Positions 12,260 through 26,046 of a stretch of 64,000 bases of DNA are shown piece after piece; position 1 is the stretch's first letter, and the number at the start of each line of letters is the position of its first letter. The stretch is from Lama guanicoe (taxonomy: Eukaryota), in contig MU054323.1 in the NCBI GenBank assembly GCA_013239625.1, forward strand, positions 8,049,220 to 8,113,219, read 5' to 3'. The position numbers and the translations under genes were made by a program. Below the pieces are notes generated by a model. The model made no database searches. It saw only the letters and a program-made list of their open reading frames with translations, and was not told the origin of the DNA.

Positions 12260-12995
12260 AAGGGCCCCAAAGTGGTGTGGCTGTGTTCCAACAAAACTTT
12301 ACTTAAGGATATTGAAATTTGAATATCATATAATGTTCATGTGTCACAACATATCCTTCATATTTAAATTTTCTAAATTAATAAACTTTATATTTTTAGA
12401 GCAATTTTAGGCTCACAGAAAAATTGAGTGGAAGGATGAAGTATAGAGATTTCCCCTGCCCCTACCACATGTATGACTTCCCCACTATCAACCTCCCCAA
12501 CCAGAGAGTTACATTTGTTAGTTGATTAACCTGCATTGACATATTATCACCCAAAGTTTATATTACAATTCACTTTTGGTGTTCTATGGATCTTGATAAA
12601 TACATAGTGACATGTATCCACCATTATGGTCTTGTACAGAATAATTTCACTGCCCTAAAATCCTCTGTGTTCTGCCTATTCATGCTGATCTTTTTTTCCT
12701 AACAATTTGAAAATGTAAAAATCATTCTCTTTTTTTAACATTTTTTATTGAGTTATAGTCATTTTACAATGTTGTGTCAAATTCCAGTGTAGAGCACAAT
12801 TTTTCAGTTATACATGAACATACATATATTCATTGTCACGTTTTTTTTTTGCTGTGAGCTACCATAAGATCTTGTATTTATTTCCCTGTGCTATAGAGTA
12901 CAATCTTGTTGAAAATGTAAAAATCATTCTTCACTTGTGATCTGTACAAAGACAGTGGGTCAGATTTGGCCCATAGGCCATAGTTTGCCGACCTT
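12260..12995. mobile_element. MER58-like hAT element interrupted by two L1 3' fragments
   Basis: ggctgtgttccaacaaaactttac ... gatttggcccataggccatagtttgccgacc ends; an old L1M tail at ~12370-12690 and a young L1 at 12729-12908 lie inside. Confidence 0.6.
12729..12908 (-). mobile_element. Young 5'-truncated L1 3' end with 22-bp TSD
   Basis: ttgaaaatgtaaaaatcattct at 12707-12728 and 12909-12930; body nearly identical to 20290-20460. Confidence 0.85.
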
Positions 12996-13544
12996 GATGT
13001 ACTAGATCAATGTGACGTTCTGTGGAATATCCAGATGGTCCTGATCTATTCAGACAATATTTCGACAGAGATCAGAAGAGTTAACATGGCCCTGTGAGTG
13101 TGAGTGCTATGTGAATATATATTATCTGTTACATGTAAATGTGAATTTCCTGATCCTTTTTTCCTGATTAAGATAGAAACTAATGCATTTGATCCAGTCA
13201 CTAGCCACATTCCAAGTACATAAGGCCACACTAATCTGCGCTACCAAAGACACCACACTTGCATGGCAGCCTGGTTGAATCTGCAGTACTCGACAATCAT
13301 TTCCTTGGGTCCATCCAGTTTTTGCAGGGATCAGACCAGTGAATTAAGTGGAAATTTAATAGGCACCACCACTCCTTGAGATCCTTAAGAGTGGCACTAA
13401 CCCCCAACATCCCCCCAAGTCTGCAATATTGTTTTTTATGTGCTCGGGTGCAGTTTCAGAGGTGTCCATTTGGCCTTATGCATGGTGATAGCTCTTATCC
13501 ACAGACCAAGGACCTAATGTGAGAATTTCTTGAATTTCTAAGTA

Positions 13545-14210
13545 TTTTAAGATCACTCTGGTTGCTCTTTGGGGAGTGGTTTGGAGAAGCCAGAAGTGAG
13601 AATAAGGAGGCCAGTTAGGAAGCAGTCGCATTCATCCAGGTGAGATATGAAGTTGATCTGGACTAGTTAATAACAGTGATTTGGAGAGAAAGCAGACGGA
13701 TTCAAGATGTATTTTGGAATTGAAAGTGACTGGATTTACTGATTGATTGGCTATGCTGATGAGAGGTAGGGAAAAAGCAGGAAAGTCTTCAACAGCTGGG
13801 TGGAGAGATGGTAGTGCCTTTTATTGAGATGGTAAAGACACTGATGGGGGTGGTGAGGCAGGAATTGGAAATCAAGAATTTGGTTTTGTCCATGTTAAAC
13901 AAAGTTGGATTTTGTAAGACATTAAAAATGAGATATCCATTAGGCAGTTGGATATGGGTCTTAAACTCAGAAGAGAATTCTGGATGAGAAATATCAGTGC
14001 AAAGAGTCAACAGCATTATGACTGTATTTTGAACCATAGGAATGAATGAAATTACAGTGGGAAAGAGGATAAAAGGGATGAGAAGAAAGCTCATGGCCAA
14101 GCCCTAAGAAAGCCCAGCATTTAGAAGTTGATGGAAGAGGAAATGCTGACCAAGGAGACTGAGAGAGAGGCCAGTTGAGGCTGGTGGAAAAACCAATAAA
14201 TGAGGTGCCG
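13545..14210. mobile_element. L2 LINE fragment
   Basis: ttttaagatcactctggttgct...ggatatgggtcttaaactcagaagag, typical L2 ORF2/3' sequence. Confidence 0.6.
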
Positions 14211-15279
14211 TGGTGTACCCAACAAATTTAACACCTGGAGTCGATAATTTCTAAAACATGGATAATAATAACCTGAAAAGAAAAGCAGAACATTTTCTTT
14301 TTGTTTTATAATTGAGTTATAGTCAATTTACCAGAACATTTTCTTTTACTGAACTTTGTTTATATAACCATGCCAGTAAAATTTTAAAAATCAAAATAAA
14401 ATTTACAGTACAAAATGAGGAAAGTCACAGATGAACACTTTTCAAAAAAATAATGACTGAGCACTTTTAAATTACATATATATTGGGGAGGAGGGAAAAG
14501 GAAGGGAAAAAATGTGAATAAATGTTCCCCAAGGAGTGAATTTGCAAGGTTTAGAAGAGGAGTTATGTGTAGAATGACAGAATTGAAGAAACTCACATTC
14601 GGTTTCTTTGTGTTTCTAGTAGCTATTGTTGTTCATGTCAAATCCCTAAACTGCAGGGCTGTGTAGTGCCTGGGGGGTTGTGGACGTGCCGTGTGCCAAA
14701 GTGAGCTGAGACAGCTCGAACCATTTCAGACGTGCTCTCAAAACACGTGCATGTAGCTGAGTCTGTGTGCGTTGGAGATCAAGCCTATAGTGTGAGTTCT
14801 CTGAATTAGCTTCCTTGTTAAAGGATAAGAAATAGAAAGGTGCTGTGTTGAAGCTGATCTATGTATTATTAAAAATCAACAGTAACTGCAGCAATCGTTT
14901 GAAACTTAAATTAACGAAAGCTTTTTCAGAAAGGAGTGTTTTATGACTGATATTGTTTTGTTGCTGGCTCCTGGAGATTATGAATAGCAGACCGGCTTTT
15001 AGTCAGTTGTACTGTTCTAAAATCAGCCCTAGGCTCCTTGATTGCATGTGGTGCCCACCGCCCTAACTGCGTCGGCTTTGGTATGTCATTGAGGTGTAGT
15101 TTTAGAGAGGAAGCTGTTAACAGAATCGTGTCATATAAAGATAAAGAATAAGATGGATGGCTAAAGCACGCAGAAGTCTCAATCTCTAGTGTCTCAACTG
15201 ACGTTTTAAATTCCTGAGAGATGTCACTTCTGAGTTAAGAAAGCAAATGGAACAGATCCATTTATCTTGGCTTTCCATC

Positions 15280-16960
15280 AAAAATGACATTTAAAGGGAT
15301 TAAGTAAAAAAGACGTAAAACCACGAAGTCAAGTGAAACAGGAGAACTTAATAGCAACAACATTTTGGAAGCTGGGAAGTATACGGGCAGATGGTAAATG
15401 ACTTAGCAGATTCAAGAGTTTGTAAATATAAACTGACAGTGAAGAAAGCTGAGCATCCCCTTGATTTACTCGGCAGTAAATCTCCAAAAGACTAGGAAAC
15501 TGGCAGCATCAGGTTTATCTGGAAGCAGGGGCGAAGAGGGAACTAAAATTAGGAGAATTGTTCGGAAAATTAATACATGCCTAGAACATTTCTCCCACTT
15601 TGCACAGCAGACCAGAGGTTTGCAGAATGTAAAATGGAGGACCTGTGGTTTGGGGGATGCTGGGCAAAGGTGAAGCAAGGACATGGTACTAAAAGCACAG
15701 GGATTCCATGGACACGTGCACATGGAACTGAGCGCCTCCTTCGCCTCCCTGTTCCTGGCGTGCTGGCAGTTCGACCTGCACATTGCAGGCAGGAGACTGG
15801 AGAAGTCTCGCTGCAGAATCTGACTAGCCTGGAGGGAGGGACTTAAAGACCCTGACATCCAGGTTTGCCCATGAAACAGTTGAAGTAGGTCAACCCACAC
15901 TGAAGTTCACAGCTGTTACACAGCACCCTGACACTCAGAGCTTTCGTAAGCTTTTTCTTCTTATCAGGAAAAGGTAGCCAAGGATTTTCAGACATCTGAA
16001 GAAAGTCTTTAACATGAAAGGTAGACACTAAAATGAATAAACAGAAGAAAGCAGCTTAGAGGAAACAGACTATGCAGCAAGAAAAAAACAATAATAACAC
16101 AACAAAAAGACTCTCATTAAGCATGCTTGAAACTTATATAATGTTGCATACCAATTTTACCTCAATTAAAAAAGAAAGAAAAAAAGATTATCATTAAGAT
16201 CCTCAGAGAAAAAGAAATTATATTGCAACCATAAAACAAGACTGGGATGCTATTGGGGGTGGGTAGAGCTCAGTGGTAGAGCACATGCTTAGCATGCGCT
16301 TAGTGGTCCTGGGTTCATTCTCCAGTAACTCTATTTAAAAAAAAAAAGAATAGGATGCTATTACAATAAGTCAGAGATCAAAATAGAGCTCTTGGAAATT
16401 AAAAAATATGATTGAAATAGGAAACAACAGAAGGATTGGGTAGTAAAGGTGATGGAATTGCCTGGGAGAGAGAGAAAAAGAAAAGAGAAACTAGCAGAGA
16501 AAAAGATTTTTCAGAAATTAGAGACTAGTCCAAGAGATCACATATTTCCTTTCTAGATCGAGAAAGAAAGGACAGAGTAAAGAGAGGGGAGGAAGTGATC
16601 ACTGAAAGAATTCAAGAGCATTTCTCAGAACTGAAAACTGTGAGTTTCCTGATGGAAAGGGACCACCTGACTGAAAATGTTCAGCACAGCAGATGAAAGT
16701 AGACCCACCTCCAGGCACACCCTTGAGAAAGTTCAGAACACTGAGAACAAAGAGAAGGGTCCGCCAGACTTCCAGAGTGCAGAACAACAACAGTGACAAC
16801 TGTCACATACAAAGAAAGGATTAACAAACAGGATGACGTCTGGTTTCACAAACAGCAGCACTGGACCCTAGAAGATAAATGAGCAACGCCATCAAAATTA
16901 GGAAGAAAAATGATTTCCAACCTAGAGCTCTAAACCCGGTCAAAGACTCAGTGAGGTTCC
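15280..16960 (+). mobile_element. Old L1 5'/ORF1-region remnant (approximate), with nested SINE
   Basis: A-rich, degenerate; aaaatgatttccaacctagagctcta resembles the L1 ORF1 C-terminal region. Confidence 0.45.
16255..16345 (+). mobile_element. Vic-1-like SINE (short) with TSD
   Basis: gggggtgggtagagctcagtggtagagcacatgcttagcatg...A tail; TSD aagactgggatgctatt / aagaataggatgctatt. Confidence 0.8.
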
Positions 16961-17146
16961 AACTTTTTAAATCTTGAGGCAAGACTTTGACTGGTCAGGC
17001 AGAGCAATATCATCAAGAAGATGGCAGCTCCCACTGTGACCACGTGGGTGGCAGTGGTGGAGGGGCAGTTTCCTCAAAGAGGGATTCAGCTCAAAGCTGA
17101 GCAGAGAAAAGTCTGAGACGGCCACTTTGGGGAGTATGCTAGGTGG

Positions 17147-17430
17147 ACTGAACAATAGAAATATAATATGTAAATTCGTATCCGTGTTAAAGTAAACAAA
17201 ACAGGTGAAATTAAATTTTGTCATTTATTTTTTTAACTGACCCTATAAAAATATTATTTTAACATGTAATCAGTATAAATCATAGTGTGATATTTTGCAA
17301 TTTTGGTGAAAGTTCTTCAAAATCCATCTAGTTCATATATTACACTCATAGCACATTTCAGTTTGGATCAGCCACATTTCAAATGCTCCATTGCCACATG
17401 TGGTTAGTGGCTACCATGTTGGACAGTGTG
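17147..17430. mobile_element. MER33/MER3-like hAT-Charlie DNA transposon remnant
   Basis: ctgaacaatagaaatataat ... agccacatttcaaatgctc...gtggctaccatgttggacag terminal pattern. Confidence 0.65.
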
Positions 17431-18420
17431 GTGTTAGGCAGTTAAAAATGAGAACTAAAAGGCAGCAATGGAATTCAAGTTGAAACTAGATAATATGAGT
17501 GTGTAGCATAGTTGTTTTTCCTTCTGAAGCATCGATCTTTGTTCCAGGAAGTAGGTGGATGGATTATTTAGATAGAGTTGGTAATTAATTGGTGGTCAAT
17601 GTAGAAAGTCAGGTGAATGAGTGCATTTTGGGCGGTAACACCATCAGCCTGGCAACATCTAAAGCACTGAATAGAATAAAACAATTCATTTTCTTAGTAA
17701 GGACAATGAGTAGGTTCAATAAGAGTAGAGAAAGTGAATGAAATGACAAGAAAAAGAGTTTCAGTTAGATTGAGAGTTGTGTGGGGGGAAGGAGGCTAAC
17801 TCAATTCCACATCTCAGAAATGATGTAGTACTGTGTCAAGCTGTGCTGACCTTTGAACAAAGGGAAAGGAGATGAAAGTCTTTGTTAGAAGTCAAGAAAG
17901 AATGAGATAAAGGGATCTGCTTGTTTCACTGTGGATAACGTCATAAGGTGATGGTTTCATTTTTCTTAAGGCAGAACAGAACGCCTTCATGGCCGCCATG
18001 TGCCAGAGGAGAAAGTGGACCTCCCTGATGTGAGCGCTGTGGCTGTTGGGGTCATTCCCCCAGGCCTCCGAAGAAGTCCAGAATCTCGAACCTTATCTCC
18101 ATCCGTCCTCATCTTTGGTCTTATTTCCTGATTAACACATACACACATATGTGCTACTTATAAAATTTATAAAATAGAAAAATGTAGAAAATATAAGTCT
18201 TCAGTAAAGTTCCCTTCTCCTAAATAATTACTGTCATCAGTTTGTCATAAATCCTTGTAAAAATTTCCCTATGTGTCTATAACCCTATTTCAAAAAGAAA
18301 TTTATACTGTATTTTACATATTGTTCTACGGCTGGCTCTTTTTACTTACCTGTTGTGGACATCTTTCCATGCTGCTAGATACCATATCATTTTTTTTATA
18401 GGATACAAAATATTTTCTTG

Positions 18421-18562
18421 AGGGGGGTGAGCATAGCTCAGTGGTAGAGCACGTGCTTAGCATGCACAAGGTCCTGGGTTCAATCCCCAGTACCTCCATT
18501 AAAAATAAATAAATAAGTAAACCTAATTACCACCCCCCCTAAACAAACACACAAAATTAAAA
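18421..18562 (+). mobile_element. Vic-1-like SINE, full length, perfect 14-bp TSD
   Basis: A box tagctcagtgg, B box ggttcaatccc; TSD aaaatattttcttg at 18407-20 and 18563-76. Confidence 0.9.
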
Positions 18563-18649
18563 AAAATATTTTCTTGTATTGTTGCCTTGCAAGTTATTTA
18601 AACAGGCAGTAATTAATATGTATGTAGAATGTGTCCATTTTCTTGCTAG

Positions 18650-19200
18650 TATGGTCAGCGCTGCAGTAATCATCCGTGTGCATAGTTCTTGGTGAGCTTG
18701 TGAAAGCTTTCTTTAGAAAATTCCTAAAGGTTGGGTCAGAAGGAGGCAGGTGTTGGTTTTTGATAAATCTTGCCAGATTGTCTTTTGGACAGGTTGTGAC
18801 AATTCAGATCCCTACCCATGGAGTATGAATCACTGGGCCCCCACACCCTTGGTCCCCCACCCACTCCATACTATCAACCTTTTAAATCTTTTCTCCTCCA
18901 ATAGGATAGTGACAATACCTCACAGGGTTTCTCAATTACATTTCTCTGGTTATATGTGAAGTTGAACATATTTTCAAAAGTCTTTTGGCCATTTGTCATT
19001 CTTCTGTAAATTGCTTGTTCACACCCTTGGCCAATTTTCCTGTTTGGTGTTTTGTCTTTTTTGTGTGTGTGTTGATTTGAAGGAGCCCATTCTATTTTAT
19101 AGCAAAATTTCGTCAAATATCTTTTATCATTGTGTCCCTTGACTTTCAAGGATAAAATGTTTACATTTCAGAGAGTAAAATCTTCCATTTTTTTCTAACT
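18650..19200 (-). mobile_element. Old L1M fragment
   Basis: tttgataaatcttgccagattg...ttggccatttgtcatt, antisense L1 ORF2 end / 3' UTR. Confidence 0.55.
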
Positions 19201-19257
19201 TGGATCTTACTCTAGTAGGGGGTTCTCTCCTGCATTTAACTCTAGTGTTTTTACAAC

Positions 19258-19282
19258 TGTGTGTGTGTGTGTGTGTGTGTGT
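19258..19282. repeat. (TG)n microsatellite
   Basis: ~12 TG units seen directly. Confidence 0.9.
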
Positions 19283-19356
19283 TTAGTATTCCAATTTATA
19301 TCCATATGGAGTATTTTTGTATATAGAGTGACTTATTATGGAATTTTAAAATATAG

Positions 19357-19545
<189 letters not shown>

Positions 19546-20284
19546 TGATGCACTCACTCACCCGCTCTGGGGCTGTGCACTTCCACTCCTGTGCCTTTGA
19601 TGGTCAGGAATGCCCAGCCCCTAATCTCCCCTCTTCTCCCCTCCTCTCCCTTCCCCTCACACCCTACCCTCTCCTCAGGTTACCTTCCTAGACTTTAAGA
19701 CCATCTCCACTCCCAGCTCCTCCGTGAATTCCTCCGGGTCCCAGGCTGAACTCATTGAATTCACACATCGAATACTTCTTGGTCCTTTAGTTTTGGATAG
19801 TTTTCTGCCTTGTATCACTTTTCATGCAGTGTGCATGCTCGTGCAGTGTTCCCCGGGAACGTGAGGTTCTGTGAGAGTGAGAGCCTCTTTGTGCACTGTG
19901 GAGTAGGGCAGGGCTTGTACTCAGTGAACACTAAAGGTCTTTGATCGCTGTCCCGTGAAGAGACGAGTAATAAAGGACTTGGAGCAGAAGGTGCAGGAGA
20001 GATGAACAGTTGTTCAGAGCAGTGAGCCAGAAACTGGCAAAAGGCCACATTTAATTAATTGCAGTGAACTGCGTGGACAGTGATACTGTGCACGTTGAGA
20101 TTTGGAAAAGAGCTCACCAAGTGGGCCTGGCTAGAGAAGGTTCTATGAAGCAAGTGGGATTTAAGCTGGGTCTTAGGGAAATAGGTGGGATTTATAAAAG
20201 TGGAGAGGTGAGAGATCACTTCTGGCAGAAATTGAAGTGTACTTTCTGGGAAAAAAAAATTCAAATCACTGAAATATTATTTTA

Positions 20285-21100
20285 TTTATTTTTTAACATT
20301 TTTATTGTGTTATAATTTTACAATGTTGTGTCAAATTCTAGTGTAGAGCACAAATTTTCAGTTATACACGAGCATATATATATTCATTGTCACATTTTTT
20401 TCTCTGTGAGCTACCATTAGATCTTGTATATATTTCCCTGTGCTATACAGTATAATCTTGTTTATCTATTCTACATTTTGAAATCCCAGTCTGTCCCTTC
20501 CCACCCCCTGCCTCCTTGGCAACCACAAGTTTGTATTCTATGTCTGTGAGTCTGTTTCTGTTTTGTATTTACGTTTTGTTTTGTTTTTTTATATTCCACA
20601 TATGAGCGATCTCATATGGTATTTTTCTTTCTCTTTCTGGCTTACTTCACTTACAATGACATTCTCCAGGAATATCCATGTTGCTGCAAATGGCGTAATG
20701 TTGTTGGTTTTTATGGCTGAATAGTATTCCATTGTATAAATATACCACATCTTCTTTATCCAGTCATCTGTTGATGGACATTTAGGCTGTTTCCATGTCT
20801 TGGCTATTGTAAATGGTGCTGCTGTGAACATTGGGGTGCAGGTGTCATTTTGAAGTAGGGTTCCTTCTGGATATATGCCCAGGAGCAGGATGACTGGGTC
20901 ATATGGTAAGTCTACTCCTAGTCTTTTGAGGAATCTCCATACTGTTTTCCACAGAGGCTGCACCAAACTGCAGTCCCACCAGCAGTGAAGGAAGGTTCCC
21001 TTTTCTCCACAGCCTCCCCAGCATTTGTCATTTGTGGATTTTTGAATGATGGCCATTCTGACTGGTGTGAGGTGATACTTCATTGTAGTTTTGATTTGCA
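20285..21100 (-). mobile_element. Young 5'-truncated L1 with open ORF2 C-terminus and 15-bp TSD
   Basis: ORF 20589-21101 = L1 ORF2p C-terminus ([16 protein letters not shown]...[16 protein letters not shown]); TSD tgaaatattatttta at 20270-84 and 21101-15. Confidence 0.93.
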
Positions 21101-21659
21101 TGAAATATTATTTTAGAGCAATTATTTCTATATAGAAATAATTGAATAATCTGAACCATACCAAGTCCAAGGATAAAATATTTTGTTGTAGTGGAAAGAA
21201 TCTGAACTGTTGTGGGTTCTTGTTCCAGATCTGTTGCTTACTGTGAAGTAGTTGTCATAGCACTTCTTGGTACTCAGGGTACTTCATCTAAAGGGTCAGT
21301 GATCTCTGAGTGTTTCCATGTAGGATAAAAAGGATATTGTATATAATCTTGAAAATACTGTTATAGTTGATACTGCTATAATCCTGAAAATACTGTTCGT
21401 CCTGAGCACTCTAAAATTGAGTATAAAACTGTAGAGATAATACCGATTTCATTAGCAGCTTTTAACAGGTTCCTTTCACTTAGGACTTAAATCACAAAGG
21501 GCGTTGGCTTCAAGGTGACATGTGTAAAGAAGATGCTACCTTTCTCAATATCAAGGTATTAAGGACCAGTTCTGCCCTAAGACCTGGGCAGGAGAGGTCT
21601 CTGGCCTTGGCCCTGTACCTTATCAAACATTTAAAAATGGTCATTCTTTTTCTTTCCTG

Positions 21660-22580
21660 TTTAATCTTGATCTAATCCAAGTTTATAAAGATATTCTTCC
21701 ATGTTTTCTTTGAGAAGCTTCATTGTTCTGCCGTTTCCATTTTGGTCTGTAGTCTGTCTGGAATTGATTTTTGTGTGTGGTGTAAAAGTAGGTCTTAAGG
21801 TTCATTGTTTCCTAAGTGATCCTTTTTAATTAATCCAGAACCATTTATTGAAAAGATCATCCTTTCCTGTCTTTACAGTGCACCTTTGTTGCAGATCAGG
21901 TGATCATACATGTGTGTTTCTAGATTCTCTGTTCTGTTCTATTGGTCAGTTTGCCTGTCTTTATGCCAATTCCACACATTTAAATTACTGTAGCTGTTTG
22001 ACAGACCTCGTGATATCTGGTGGGGTAAGTCCTCCAGTTTTGTGGTTCTTTAAGATTGTTCTGGCTACACTTGACCCTTTGCATTTCCATATAAATTTTA
22101 GAATGAGCTTGTCAATTTTAATTAAAAAATACCTCCTGGGATTTTAATTGAGATTAGATTGAATCTATAAATCAATGTGGGAAAGAATTAATAGCTTACC
22201 AATACAGAGATTTGCAATCTGTGAATATAAAATATCCCTCCTTTTATTTATGTGTTGTTTAATTTTGCTCAGCAATATTTTATACTTTTTGTTAAGGTTA
22301 TAACTGTTCATTGTTGATATGTAAAAGTACAATTTTATATAGTGACCTTTTCATACTGACTTTTATATATTGATTTGATATCTAACCAGCAACCTTGTCA
22401 AATTCACTTGTTAATTCGAATAGTTTATCTGTAGGTTCTTTTTTTTTTTTTAGCACATATCATTTGAAAATGACAGTTTTATCTCTTCCTGTTCAATTTA
22501 GATAACTTTACTTTTTTTTTTCTTGCCTTATTGCAGTAGATCAGCCCTCCAGCCCAATGAATAAAAGTGGTAATGATGCG
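21660..22580 (-). mobile_element. Old L1M ORF2 fragment
   Basis: catttattgaaaagatcatcctttcc...ttccatataaattttagaatgagcttgtc, antisense L1. Confidence 0.7.
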
Positions 22581-23719
22581 GCTCCTGTGTCCTGTTCTGG
22601 TCCTCCTCTGGATACACTCTCTCAAGTGGACTTGCCTCAAGTCTACTCAGAGCCCAAATGCCCCTTTAGCTCACTCTCTCTCTGAATGTCAAAGGACTCC
22701 AAATTCCCTGCCCGAAAGGCCTGAGCTCTCTTTCAGGGCCTGCATGGGCCTCTTCCCAGGGTCTGCCCTGCTCAGGGCAGACAAGGCCTCATGGATGGCC
22801 AAAGGGTTTAGATGGAATTTGGATGTGTGGTCTGGGAAATCCACATGCCCACACGTGAAGGCCTTCATGGTGCTGGATGGCTAGGGATGTGAAGAGACAG
22901 GGGTGGGCTCCAGGCTGGGGGCCAGAGACTGGCTCCCCCTTAGCCACCAAGTTTTGAGTGGAACTCTGAGATGGAGTCTGAATTCAAACTAGGACTTTTG
23001 AATTTATATGAAAGTGTCAAGGTAGGAGGATAGAACATATTTTATTTAATAGTTTATTACATTGAGTTGTAATTTTTAAATATTTGGATACATGGTATGT
23101 GGCCCTTCATTTAAACTCTTACCCTGGATCTCAAGTGTTACGGTGTATCTGTTGATCTGTTGATCTGTGACTGTACATTTTCAATTTTACTTTGAGTCTT
23201 AAATACTTGATTCAGGAATTTCTGATGTTTGCATTATCTGAGTAGAAAATAGAAAATTGCTCAAAACTACAGGAAAGCCATTATTTCCTCAGACATGTAA
23301 AAGCATTTAGTACAAGTGATAAAGCTGCAGCTGTTTAAAACAAGCCTGGAGCACCCTGGATATCTGGGTTAAGATTCAGTTCTGTATTCATTAAAACTGC
23401 ATTTCAAAATTTCTGTAGAAGAGTGAGAAGAGGGTCTCTAATCATTTCAGTGACTCCTTGGTACAGAGATGTTTGTAGGTTCCTATTTCAGAAAGGATTT
23501 AAGAGTTGGACAGTCTGTAAGTTCCAAAACAGACTTGGAAACACTGAGGCATAACCTAAGGATACTTCAATTTTTGTTGAGAAGATTTATCATCTTGAAA
23601 TCATGACGTTCCCAAAAGGCCTGGAGTGAAGGGACTGAGTGTGAAATTTACAAACAGGGGTTTACAAGGGCAGAGTACCAGTAACAGAATTCCTGAGCCG
23701 TTAAGGGAGAGGGCAGTGT

Positions 23720-24140
23720 AGTCAGCTACAATTCTCTCCCACGTTAGAACCCCTGTAGCAAAAGTTCCCACATAACATTAACTTAAACAAGATAGAAGCT
23801 TATTTCTCTGGTTCACTTAATAGTTTGGAGCAGGAGAGGTCCAGGGCTGGTATGGAGGCTCCTTGATGTTGGGGACCTCATCTCCTTCTGCCCTTCCTTA
23901 AGCTGTCTTCTTCTGCTCACCATGTGGAACTTTATGAGAGAAAGAAAAGAAAACCTTTTCCCTTCAAGGGACTCACACTCTCCTACTCATGTGCTACTGA
24001 TCAGACTGCACTCTAGCTGCAAGGGGAGGTTGGGAAATGTATCTATTTGGGGAGGTAAAATGCCTAGCTAAAATCTGGGTATTCTGTTATTAAAAGAAGA
24101 GTGGGGAATGGACATGGGAGGACAACTCCCGTAATCATCT
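23720..24140. mobile_element. MLT1-like (MaLR) LTR remnant
   Basis: aacttaaacaagatagaagcttatttctct...tagctgcaaggggaggttgggaaatgta pattern. Confidence 0.55.
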
Positions 24141-24441
24141 CCCCAGCTGAGATGCTTAGAAGGGACCCTGGCAGTGTCAGCCCCTTGAAGGCCTGCTGGG
24201 GAAAGCGCTGAGATGTACCTAGAGTGCCTGCCTTTGTACTGGTCGGCTGGTTCCTCCTCTAAGGAGAATAAAAATACATCCAGAATCACAGAGTGCTATT
24301 CAGTTGTAAGCTATAACATCCCATCACCAGTGTCCTGATGGAAATATGTTGCTAAGTAGATGCTACTCTTAAAAGTCCTAAGGTACTTTTGATTCCTGCT
24401 TGGCCGGATAGAACAGCTACAGACAGTTGTGTAAAATGTAA

Positions 24442-24588
<147 letters not shown>

Positions 24589-25947
24589 TGAGGAACCCCC
24601 CTCCCCTGGCTCTGTAGCCTGGGGGATCTGAAGTGTCTCCTCTCTGGGTCATGAGGTGAAGTGATATTTGAATTGGGCCATAAGGGATGAATAGGAGTTT
24701 GAGGAGCCAAGGAGTGGGCATTTTAGGCAGAGGGAACAGCTTGTGCAGAGGCCTGAGAGCACATGACACTTGGGAATGGCATGGTAGGGAAGGATGTATA
24801 GGGGGTGGTGGAAGAAAACAGATGAGGCCAAGAAGGTAGACTAGGTCTTTCTGGGTTCAAATGAATTATAATGACCAGATTCATAAATATTACGTACAGG
24901 TGGAGCAGCGTGTTAAAAGAACGATAGAGACTCCATGCCTGGAAGGAGGGAGGGTCGGGGGACAATGGGAACTCGGGGCTGAGCAGGTAGTCCCTGTGCA
25001 CACGCATCTCCCAGGTCTTGGCTTGCCCAGCAGGGAGGCAGGAGTAAGCTGCTTCGAAGGATTCTCCTTCCTCGGTTTGCCCACAGAAGGAACAGAGGTC
25101 CTCATTTAAACCCTTCCTTTGGCTTGTTCTTCAATTAATTTCCTAGCTATAGTCCAATTAGAAGGGCAAACCCCCAGGCCATTTTCGCTCAGCTCAGCAG
25201 GTATATACACAGTACGGTTTTCACAATATGTTTAGTTGGTCGGCAGAAGTAATTCTCCCCATTAGCAACTTTACCAGTGTCACCAGGATGTAACTGGTAC
25301 CTTTATTCCCTAAACTTCCCACTGCCTGTCACAGGTTGTACCAGGAATGCGCTGATCCCCAGTGGGGGCAGCGGCTGAAAGGCCCTGGGTGCCCCACTAA
25401 GGAATTAGTGTCTGCTGCAGCCACTGAGGAAAAATCGAAGGTCATAAGTGGCAGAGTTCCAAGATAAATGTGGGTTTTGGAAAGATGACCTGACAGCTGT
25501 TTCTTATTTTTTTGAAGAAAAAAATTAATTCAATTATAAGATGTACTGTGTAGGTTGGAAGCTGGGAAGGAGAGAGGAGATCACGAGATAAGCAAGTTGT
25601 GATTCTTGTCCTGAAGGGGGTTTGCAGTCTTGCTTGGAGACAGTCTCACAGGAGGACAGCCTGCTGAAGCTAGGGGAGAGTCACAGGCATGCGTCCTATG
25701 GATTCTTTGGAATTTCTGGTATTCTGGAAGACTGTCCCTATTTTCTGCTGCTAATGGTGGAGTTTTCCTTTTTTGTATGTTTCACTGGTCATCTGTTGAT
25801 AATTTGGGAGAAGACCGGCCAGACACTTGAGGTCACAGTGTCAATAAAGATTAATATGAGTGCCATTTGTCAAGTGACTACTGTGCTGGGGATCATCTTA
25901 GTTAATCCTGACAACAGCCACAGAAAGGGAGATACTTTCATCTTCTC

Positions 25948-26046
25948 TTTTTTTTAACTTTTTTTTCCCAGTGGAGGTACTGGGGATTGAACCTGGGACC
26001 TTGTGCATGCTGAGCATGTGCTCCACCACTGAGCTAAACCCTCCCC
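25948..26046 (-). mobile_element. Vic-1-like SINE
   Basis: ggaggtactggggattgaacctgggaccttgtgcatgctgagcatgtgctccaccactgagcta; flanks tcatcttctc/tcatctactc. Confidence 0.85.

Noticed and set aside
18430..18495. tRNA-Ala-like sequence with A and B boxes (also in the other seven copies)
   Set aside because: Followed by a SINE body and A-rich tail, and flanked by TSDs. These are SINE heads, not tRNA genes.
20589..21101. 170-aa ORF as a host gene
   Set aside because: It is the ORF2 C-terminus of a truncated L1 with TSDs.
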